From Phoronis australis (Eukaryota > Animalia > Phoronida), in NCBI GenBank assembly GCA_002633005.1, contig NMRA01000206.1, positions 142,092 to 206,091 on the forward strand: DNA of 64,000 nucleotides. Direction: 5' to 3'. Below are positions 54,032 through 64,000 of this stretch, piece by piece. A program made the translations under genes and the position numbers. Each line of letters starts with the position of its first letter. Positions within the stretch are counted from its first letter, which is position 1. The notes under the pieces are model-generated. The model had not been told where the DNA came from and searched no databases. It saw nothing but the letters and a program-made list of their open reading frames with translations.

Positions 54032-54750
54032 TTACAGACAAACCATAAAAACATGTGGTATGCAAGTTGAATTCTGTTTCAGTGGCAGAGAACCACTTTC
54101 AATATTGCACTGTAGTCTGCTTGTCGCGTTCCAGGCCTCTTTAAATTTCATTTTTGAAGTTAAGTAAATTCTTATATGGAGCGGAAAAACACGTATGGGG
54201 AAAAACACAGCCAAGATTTGATAACGTTTTCCATCATGGTTTCCCTAGATGGTTTCGTCATCAATCCATCATACTCTCTCCAGCATTACGACCTAGTATT
54301 ACTAAGCTCTTTGATTAGTTTTGTGAATATCACGCCCTGGTTACCAGCTGGCTTCTAATTGGATGAAAGCGGGTGAGACAAGACGGTTGAGACAATGAAC
54401 CATAAATAGCTCTGCCACCTAGTTGCGCACCTATACCAGTTGACGAAATTCAGAACGTCATGGCGTTCTCCGTAGCGGTGACACTATGCATACACTGTAG
54501 ATGGCGCTGCTGCTAAGTGTACGCCGACAATCTGTTGATCAGTCCAGTCAAAGATCTATAAAATCTTTGGTCCAGTGGCACTGGTAGCTTTCGTTATCAG
54601 TGTGGACGACTTACCTGCACATGGTTCTCAGTTCTTCTTCAGTAATTTGCACGTACCCCGTCTCTCTTTCATTCCAAATCTTCATAAGCGGTTGGTAGCA
54701 AGTGGATATCGCGGCAACGGTGCAATTGCCATCGCTCCTGCCACTGGAAA
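54032..54750 (-). pseudogene. Cys-patterned secreted/GPI-like protein paralogue B
   Basis: Clean exon 54750-54615 (tacgcag| GNCTVAAISTCYQP..EEELRTMCR |gtaagt); decayed segment from ~54354 (ELSNTRS*CWRE..KSWLC); tail 54170-54032 ending SGS..IPHVFMVCL*. Confidence 0.6.
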
Positions 54751-56484
54751 CTGCGTACAAAAACACAAACGGGGAATTCTTTACACCATATAGTATCGAC
54801 ACCAGTCCGTTGTTTCGTACGTGATCACACCCAGCCCAAAATTCCCAATGACTGGTTCAATTAATGGACGTTGGATTTCAAATATATTTTAAAACTTTTT
54901 ATTGCAGCTGTAACGTGTATACGCACGTTCGCAAACCTTTATTAAAACGACAATTGCCTTCCATCTGAAAATCAACTTTTGATGTAGACCACTTAAGTCA
55001 GCGCTCTCAAATCAGTTTTCCTTGATCGTTTAAAGGGAAATTTCAGGCCTTCGAAATAACTGACTGTTTGTCTTAACTCAAGACCAGGCTATAACTTGAC
55101 GTTTGACAGCCTGTAGTGGTCTCAGCGACCGGTCAGGCTTTTTTGCGAACCCAGAACTAAGTTGATTTTATAGCGGCAATTAGTCTGAGTCGAAAGTTTG
55201 CTTCTACGGCAAAAAGTGGGTGGATCGTCGCTTTAAGGAAGTTACAGTTTTCCCGCCAACAGTGTCGCTTGTGTGCTCCTCTAGTAGTTTAACACAAAAA
55301 TTTTTCTTCTCATTCGTTTTACAGATGCCCTGACGTCTGCACGACGGCAGTGTTTCGGGGCGCAGTACAAACAAAAGTTGGTCCGCTTCATCCACCAATC
55401 TCTTAGTTGCTAACCGTTCGATTGAATGTTGAAGAACTGTACTGCTCTTCTAGTAAAGTCGGTTACTTAATACTATACTGGATGTTGGTCATACGTGATC
55501 CCATTCTAATGAGTAAAAGATGATTCGGACTGGTTGGGCTATTAAATTCAAATAAAACACGGAAAATCTAATTATACCGCCTATGTTTCGATAATAGGTA
55601 TAACTATGCACGTTGCAGACACAAGTCACTTGTGTTTACTTGGTGCCGTAGATGGACATTTATAAAGCCTTTGTAGATGTTTTCACCAAATCGTTTCTGA
55701 ATGCTTCACAAAATGATTATATCTTTGTTATGTAATAAGGAAATTGTTTAAACCACGTGCTTAAAGCTGCTGAGTTTTGCTCAGATTTTGAGAAAAAATG
55801 AAAGAACTTAAGACAAAGGTCTAATCGAAAAATAGAAAATCTCAGTGCTGAAAATCCGTCGCATTCATGGTGAGACAATATCAAGAGACTTGGCCCGAGA
55901 AATAATAAAACTATGATATTCACCATGAGATCAATCGAGCTTCCTCAAACCATTCTGTACGTAGAAATGGAAATTAATGTTGCATTCTCGTAATTCCGAT
56001 TTCTTTTCTAGATTTTGTTTTGACGATAAGTTTTATAGCGACAGTTTTAGTCAAGGCTCAGAATGTACATGCACATGTATTAGAGTTTTACTGCCGAGGT
56101 GCATGCTCCTACGCAGTGGTAGAAAACCAACAATACTCCTGTCCGTGAAATTTAGGTTAAGGATCGTCGTGTTCCAGAAAGGGAATCACTTTATCTTCCT
56201 GTGGCTAGAAATTTATTGTTACAGTAGTAATTTGAATGGGAGGACATCGCCTTGTGTGGAGAAAGAATAGCCTATTGAGGAACAAAACACTTTTGAGTTC
56301 AGATTTCTAGAAATTGTTCCACCACTTGCTTCACTAAAAGTTTTGGTGTACGAAAAAGACTTCTTGGAAAATAGTAAAAGTGTATTTTTTTAAGTTTTAA
56401 CGCTTATATCAAACTAAACGTAATCGTGTTATTTATACAGTTGTTCTGCAATGATGTTACTTACTTTTTGCTTATATGCGAGGA

Positions 56485-56522
56485 CGACGATGATAACGAT
56501 AAGAATGATGACGATAAAATAG

Positions 56523-56570
<48 letters not shown>

Positions 56571-56765
56571 CGGTGATGATGATGAAGTTGGCGATGATGA
56601 TGATGATGATGATGATGATGACGATGNATGATGATGATGATGATGATGATGACGATGGTGGTGGTAATGATGATGATGATAATGATACTAATGATGACGA
56701 TAAAAATAATGATATTGATGATGATGATGACGATGGTGACAAGGACGACGACGACGACGATGATG
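56485..56765. repeat. (GAT)n/(GAC)n compound trinucleotide microsatellite
   Basis: Direct observation; explains the poly-M/D/H/I/S ORFs. Confidence 0.97.
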
Positions 56766-59700
56766 CTGTCAATGGCTGTGAAGGTGACTGTGGCGATGTG
56801 ATGGTGAGAATGGTCAGGCTTCACTTTAAGTGCATGTACGAAGAACGGCACAGCATTTTACATATACATGTAACTAACTGGTGCTAATTGATGACGCGCA
56901 GACCTCATGCTTTCCTAACTGCGTCCAGTGAGAACGTAATTCACGGTAGCAGGAGAAAGACAAAAGGCTGGGTTCATGGAACTCGCATGGTCGAACTGTT
57001 TTCTTTCCACTGTCACCGTGCTCCAAAGACAACCCACGTCCGTGACTTATTCAAAGGCGGACGACCTACACCTGACTGGATCGCAGCGACACTACGTGGA
57101 TTAGTTTCCTAAGTATCCAATTTTCTTCCCCCAAGTGACTAACGTACATCACATGTAGACAAGGAATTAGAACACTTATTAAAAAGCAGGAAATATTGAT
57201 CAAAACGTTTGAACGTCTTAGTAAATTGTATTGAACATTAAAAGAGATTATTATCATAATCTTTATATGGCACATTACTGCAACAGAGCTGATGTTACAT
57301 GTATTAGGGAGTTAAAGGAACATACATGTACCTGATAAATGTCTTCTTAAAACATGAATAAATTACACGTCGCATGAAGCACACAAAGCGTTTCCTATGT
57401 CGTAACAGAAAACGGTTTCTGTTAATAAACCTATCATTAATGACACTGAGTGTAACGTTCAAAGATCTGGCAAACTCAAATTAATAACAATTTCGTTATC
57501 TGCGTTTCAGCTTTCACAACAAGCCCCAAATGGCGACCCCGGCAAGTGAAATTTGAGACCATTATATCAGCGTGAAGCAGCCTAGATTTTGTTTTCTATG
57601 TTTAATGCGTACATCGGATGACATCACATACCGTTACGTATTTTTGTCGTCCACATAAGAAACACTGACACAAATCTTTTTGTTTACATGTACCTTATGA
57701 TGACTCTCAGAAAAAAATATGACGATGCGAAAACGAAGTGTTTTAAGCAATTTCCTATTAAGACAATGATAGGCACACGGACGTTGCAGGATATTTTGAA
57801 GCCAACACCACATCCCATGTTCCGTCTCATGTTTTATCATCAGTTTCTACCCTCTGGTTTTTAGGACCCTACTCGAGATTTGAGTAACATCATATCTCAG
57901 ATATGGTTGATTATATTGATATCATATGTCGTGCGACCAGGGAAAATTTTCAAGTCTTCACGAAGTCCCCACTGGCACTGGGAGTATCAAATCAGACAAT
58001 AATTCCCCTAAATAAATTTCAAAGTTCGTGTTCACTTCCAAACTGTAAATTACTAACAATTTTCCTAGATATACACTGTATTGAGTTTCAATAACAATTG
58101 CTTCGTTCATTTCGTGAAATCAGTGCATTTGCCATCATAGCAGTCAGCGCACATCACTAAACACGCACTTTAATAACAGCAGGAAGTAAACAGACGGAAG
58201 TCGGAACAGTTTGGCAAAAATCGGGCAAGATAGGCGAAATATGCGCCACCACTGCATGCGATCGCCTGCGTTCATTTTTCGTTCCCTGGCGGGAGAAATT
58301 GAGTTAAAGAATGAAAGAATTAATTCATTTACGAGGAGAAATTGGAGAGGTATGCTTAAGATCTTGAGAATGAACGCGATACGACCGCGTGAGCTTTTTT
58401 GAGTCAACAATTTTCACGCCGGATCGGCAACCTCAAATTTAATTTGGTTACCTGACAGTTTTAGTTTTGGTGACCTCAGATTTCATTTGAAGACGTCGAA
58501 TTTTTGCCAGGTCCTCAAATAAGGCTCGGTGTTAACCTCAGCGTCCAGCGTTGCACGGTCACGGGACCCAGCCAACGACAAATTGATAAAAAGTCAACTT
58601 ACTAAACAATCAAATTCAACATGCTGCCTGCTTTCACAAAATATGTACTTAATTACCGTGTGATGTAAGTAATGTCCCACATAACATAATGTGTTGGACC
58701 GAGTTTGGCAAATAAACGGCCAATTGTCAGATTACACCAGTTGCGTGCGTTGCCCTTGTACCGTGATATTACACACCTTTGTATAAAACTGTTCTTCCTC
58801 AACGTTTAGCTGCCAACCCACAATCGGTCTGCGATGGGATTCTATTTTCTATTACCTTGAAACCATCAGCGACTTAAGACCTTCTAACGCATTCACGCAA
58901 TGCCTGAGACTTGAGATGCCCATTCGGTATTGATATCGGGTTAGCGAGGCAATGTTTTACACCCCTAAGCTTATCAGTTATGAATTCAGATTTGACAGCT
59001 AACCACTGACAAAATGCCCCTTTGAAACGGCACGGTAATCTGATGAGCAGCAATTTTAGACTCGGTCACTTACAATTATAAAACTGGTCTTTAATAAATT
59101 TGAATGGAAGTCTATTTTTGCACCTCCAGAGATAACTGACAGTTGCGGTCACTTTGGCACACGAAAATGTCTCACGAACTTGATCTGAAGAAAATACGAT
59201 CTTTCACCACTTATATAAGATCATTCTTAAACTTAGTGAGGATTAAACTAAAACCAGTTTTATAACGGTAAGGACAGAAACAAAAACGCGGGTTTATTGC
59301 CTCCAAAGGCTGGGTTGTAAAAAAATTTTCCACAAAAAAGTGCTGCGTTTTGACAGCCGCAGTTAATTTCTTTCAGTTGTGCGTGTATCGGTGCTTACGA
59401 GTACACTAAGCAGACTGGGCGAAGTGCTTTGTCGATTAGTGCAGGTTATAGACAATTCACTTACAGTTGATCAACATTACAAGCAGGAACAGTCTCCAAT
59501 GTCCAGTTTTCGACGATACCACTGTTTTTCCAACTATCTTCGGAACCTTCGTCATCTTGTGGAGATGCAGATATTCCTAATGAGCTGAATAGTTTCCCGC
59601 AGCTTTTAAACGCTAGCGTTCAGCTAATTACATGTAGAAATGCTTATGGGAATTTAAACGAATTAGCGTCTTAAAACCCGTCTTAATTGTTGCATTGTAT

Positions 59701-60502
59701 TTCTATTGGCTTCTTTCTCAAAGCGACGGTATGAAAATTTACATGTATTTACATGTAAAACGACGACCATAATCGGTGACGTTATGAATTAAAATATGAA
59801 TCGTGAACATACCCTTGTTAAATCAATTTAATACGACATCAACGATAAGTTATGTCTCATAACATAATGTGGCGACATCTGTGTTTTACGACCAATATTT
59901 TTGGAGTGCATTAATTGTGAGCGCTCCTCGTCAGCTACCCTAACTGTGGAACTGTGGAGGTATTAAAACCATTATAATACTAAACACCAAGTTGTGCCCG
60001 ACTGAGAACACTTCCCTCTATACAGTACAGTACTTGCATCTATATGACCACAAACACATAAACTTGTGTCATTCGACGAGATTTGCCGGAACTTCTGTCG
60101 CATCCCGATGATGCACAGTAAGTAGTTCCCCCATGGACCTCTTCTAATTTCGATACTAAAATTCATATTGTCAACAAAAATGTTGAGAGTAAACCAAAAT
60201 TCATCACAAATGTTAGAGAAGGAATGGAGAATTAGTAAGACCGCACCAGCCGTAGTCAAGTAATGACTTCGTTGTCGCGTGAGAGGTCTGTTCTAACCTG
60301 TTATGAACATTTTGAAACAACGTGTCCATGTGGACGGGCAATGAGTAATTGACTCATTATGTCCATTTGACCAATTTTGACCATATCTATGTTGAACCAT
60401 TATATCCCTTCTTGCTGCTTACAGCTGTACATATATGTCCATGTTCGTCCTTTACATTAATTTATTCAGTTCAATTTTGCTGACGTTGACACAATGGTGC
60501 AG

Positions 60503-60602
60503 AATGGACATAACTGGCCAAAATGGACATAATTGGCCAAAAGGGACATACATGTAATTTGCCAAAATGGACATAATTGGCCAAATGGACACAATAGGTC
60601 AA
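60503..60602. repeat. 19-bp minisatellite (aatggacataattggccaa) x~5; inverted units at ~60355-60385
   Basis: Direct observation; the third unit is 25 bp because of an extra CATGTA. Confidence 0.9.
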
Positions 60603-61132
60603 AAGAGACATACTGACTTGCTAAAACGGAAAATATCCACAAGGAGCGTGCTCAGTGCATACGAGAGAGGTCTTTACTGGTTGAATTTTATGGCGTATAC
60701 ATTCCATGTTGTTATTCCTTACTAATGCATACGAATATGTTTTTAGATTTGAATATTGATTACTTCAATCTTTTATATTGTATATACATCAACACTGTAA
60801 TTCGAGATGAATATTTTTATAATCTATTGTGCAGTACACGTACACACGGAGGTCAAGTATGCATGTATGTACGTATATATGTGTGTATATTTAATCGGCT
60901 GTAACGGGGTTGACATGTTTTCTAAATTATATTAACTACAAATAACCCTGAAACCTTCTCTGTAGGTTGAAGATTGTCATGGTGACATTTCTTTACAATA
61001 AAGGAGTTGACGCCTCCACCGAAATTGAGGTCGCGTCTGTCGAATGAGGGGCGCCAACATCCGCTGATTCCACGTGAACACTGCCCGACAGGTCATTGTT
61101 GAAGGCCAGTTGTCATACTGTTTTCAATTTTA

Positions 61133-62517
61133 TCACAAACGAAGGCACATATGAGCTACAAGAACTAAACCGTAGAAATACATATTATAGATGTGAACGA
61201 TCGCCGATGAAACAATGCGGAGATCACACCCATACTCCTCTAGCGGTTTCGCATGAGATCTAGTCTTCAGTTCTCGTACCAACCCTGCTGCTCCGGGCCC
61301 ACATGCCGATGCCATAACATCTGTAGAGCACTGGATCATATCGCGAGTGATCCTACAAAATTCGATTATAAGGCAAATTCTAAGAAAGATTTCAAGTTTC
61401 GTCATTGTTAACGGCACTGATACTTAAGCCGAGTGTGCCCAGTTAATAGATAGTTACCACGAAAAGTTCATTTTGGTTTTATAGGATATAGTGTGCATTC
61501 CATTAAGATCCCACTATTGCCTTTCCACTTATTGGCCCGGAGGCGTCTTGTTCAAGAAACCATCATATCATAATCAATGTTTTAATTCGACAACGCTTAA
61601 CTATAGCTGCTTAGTACAAAATACGCATTTCCAAACGTAAACCTACGTGCATATCCGTCTCTTTTTGGCTTGAGATCCTGCTTTTGATGTCGATACTTCC
61701 CCCAGTTTGGACCTGTAATCACTATCACATGGCTCCAGAAGTGGTCGAAGCGTTCCATTGTAGATACAGGGAGCGTGCTTCACGTGCACTGCATTTAAAT
61801 AGCACATTAAATGATAACAACGAATAACAACGCCAACAATGCATACGCTGTGATAAGTAGACCCTGCACTGAATATCAATCATGGCGTACTACTGCGTTG
61901 AAGTACACTACATATAGAACAATAATCACTATGGTAAGAAAGCTCGAGAACAACGACAAAATTTAAATCTAATTTCCACTTCATCACCTTTTTCAACTCA
62001 AGTTTGATACCTTTTTTTGCTTTGATCGAAAAAGCCAAGGATTTAACAAATCCATGTACATGTAAACGTCTGGAGCTCATGTTGCAAAGCAACGTACAGT
62101 GTACAGGATACGGGGTGGCGAGTGCTGCTGAGAGTAAGTGCTTCACGTTTATAACATCATTACGAACACGACCGGTGTTTTCCTAGCCTCAAATTATACC
62201 AAGGAGGTACTTTGTGTCTCCGCATATGCAAAACGATTTGGTCACGCGAGTTTTAAATGTATGGCTTCAACAGTCCAAAAAGTCTTACTCCCCGTCTTGT
62301 AAACATAAAGTGTTAAAGTACATGAGCATTCCGGCAAATTCGACGACATACTATCATGTGAAAGCCGCATGAATTGGTGAATTAGGATTAAAGTTGACAT
62401 ATGTGCAGGTTTGTGACAAATCCGAAGCCATCCGGAACACCTCGGGCACTGATTCTCGTAGCCCGAATAATCAATTGCATGTGTTTCATTTTCACTCACG
62501 TGAGAACTCAATCATTA
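61133..62517 (-). pseudogene. Cys-patterned secreted/GPI-like protein paralogue A
   Basis: Decayed exons ~62517-62320 and ~62182-62011; clean phase-compatible exons 61788-61647 (HVKHAPCIYN..EPC..KLGEVST..RRIC) and 61352-61133 (ITRDMIQCSTDVMASACGPGAA..YGCDLRIVSSA + hydrophobic tail). Confidence 0.7.
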
Positions 62518-63059
62518 CTACAGAGAAAAGAATTGATTGTTAAGAGACGGTTATGACCCCAGGCATACCCTGGTTTAAGTCCGTTATCTTAAGATTATCC
62601 GGCCTAACTCGACTGTATTCCCATGTTGAGGGCCTCATGACTTGCTGTAAAATTGCAAGTTCGTACGTGCGCAGATATGAAGCATCTCCGCGGTATAACT
62701 TGAGGCTACGAAAATACTCGAGGTTTTTCAGATTTCCCCGCAGGATAATTTGGGCTACGAAAATACGCGAGGTGTTCAAGTTGTCAGTTGTAATACAAGA
62801 CTCATGCGTGATCACGCGAAACGCCGAACACTGAGAGGAAAATACGTTGGTTCAGCCTTTCTCTATACTTACGGTCAAATCCATCTCCGCACAGGTAGTC
62901 AAAAGATATCTCAATTACTTCTATATGCTTCCTGTTCGGTGGAGAACAATCGGGTTTAATTCGTTCTCTACACGGCTTCGTGTCCTTATAACCCCTTAAA
63001 CAGAACACGATAATACTTTAGGGACCGTTAGACACTTAACCTAGTTGCTTGTAAATAAT

Positions 63060-63215
63060 TAACTGCAGATTGGATTCCAGGGATAAATACAAATGAAGAA
63101 ACAAACTCACGTTTGCCAGACAATTTCAGTGGTGGGGTGCCCCTGCCAGACGATTATCAAAAAGGATTAAAAATTGAGCTACATGTAGATCAACCCAAGA
63201 GGTAACCCCTTAAGA
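63060..63215 (-). repeat. Inverted copy of the 9640-10150 repeat family
   Basis: gtggggtgcccctgccaga..aaattgagctacatgtagatcaacccaagaggtaacc is the reverse complement of 9780-9870 and 10070-10105. Confidence 0.75.
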
Positions 63216-64000
63216 GTGAAGTACGGCTCACAGCAGGCAAAAATGCCCAGAGGGGTGATAAACCCAATGTCACCGATTTGAACCATACTATGCATTTTAG
63301 TTACCTTTGGGATGATAAACAAAACAGTAAAGTCCAATCTCATTTTACCTTGTTTAATGGGGAGAAATCAGGGAGCCTCTATTTTGGGGGTATGCCATGC
63401 AATGAACTCGCCGAAAATGCCTTATTTGCACTGCACAATAAAAAATATCGGCGCTCGAGATCATTATTTGTTTGTAATTTTTAAATAAAGCAAGTCTTCG
63501 GCCTTACAAAGTTGTTAAAAAATACTCATTAACTCTGCCGCTAAGTTAAAAATTTCAGGCATAAAGTATAGAGGGGTCAAAGGTGAACAAGACATTGCAA
63601 TTTCGCCACACTTTGAGCCCGTATATCTCAGCTGGCACAACACTGATCAACACCAGACCTTTACACAAGACGTTTCTATCTTATTGCTGTTGATTAATAC
63701 AATAAAATTTTCTGGCGCTGAACATTTTCCTGTACAAATTGCAAGATTGCGACAACCACCTGAGTAGAAATTACCTTCAATACCGATACCTGTTTGGAAC
63801 ATTACAGCACCAGTAAAGTGCATAGTTTTGATTCAAAAGTTGATTTGTCAATATTTAGTTATGTGTCATTAAGTCAGGCGCAATTGTTTAAGGTATTTTT
63901 CCTTTTTAATTAAAATTCCGCGTTTTTTGTGAACCCAGTGTCCAACAACAGGTGTCACTTTAGTGGTGGCAAAATGGTTCCGGTTGGCGAATCCTGACTT

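Noticed and set aside
56426-56887. Poly-M/D/H/I/S ORFs of 100-150 aa
   Set aside because: Artefacts of a (GAT)n microsatellite that is open in several frames.
61620-61980. SLC6 transporter C-terminus in an alternative minus frame (hydrophobic stretches, ERF..GP.WG)
   Set aside because: That frame has four stops, and a different frame gives a clean spliced exon (61788-61647) that joins 61352-61133 in phase.

Overview
AT-rich (roughly 38-40% GC by eye) intron-containing eukaryotic DNA, most consistent with a marine invertebrate genome. There is no intact long ORF, no rRNA, true tRNA or CRISPR array, and one assembly gap (25580-25753). The window is a mosaic of three things. (i) Nested, decayed transposons: three THAP-domain relics (one Kolobok-like, one split by a 745-bp insert with a 9-bp TSD), a Penelope-like ORF split by a 3.2-kb TA-flanked TIR element, a Tx1/L1 RT relic, an AcademX-like fragment, several MITEs and tRNA-derived SINE heads. 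(ii) Spliced but disabled genes for extracellular proteins: a ZP-module-like gene, a double-WAP exon, and a tandem cluster of at least three Cys-patterned secreted/GPI-like paralogues. (iii) Microsatellites and minisatellites. The most striking signal is heavy over-representation of TACATGTA. In several paralogous repeat pairs within the window one copy has TA and the other TACATGTA, which suggests widespread Tc1-type excision footprints, some of them adding two codons in frame inside exons. All family assignments come from motif recognition by eye, not database searches.
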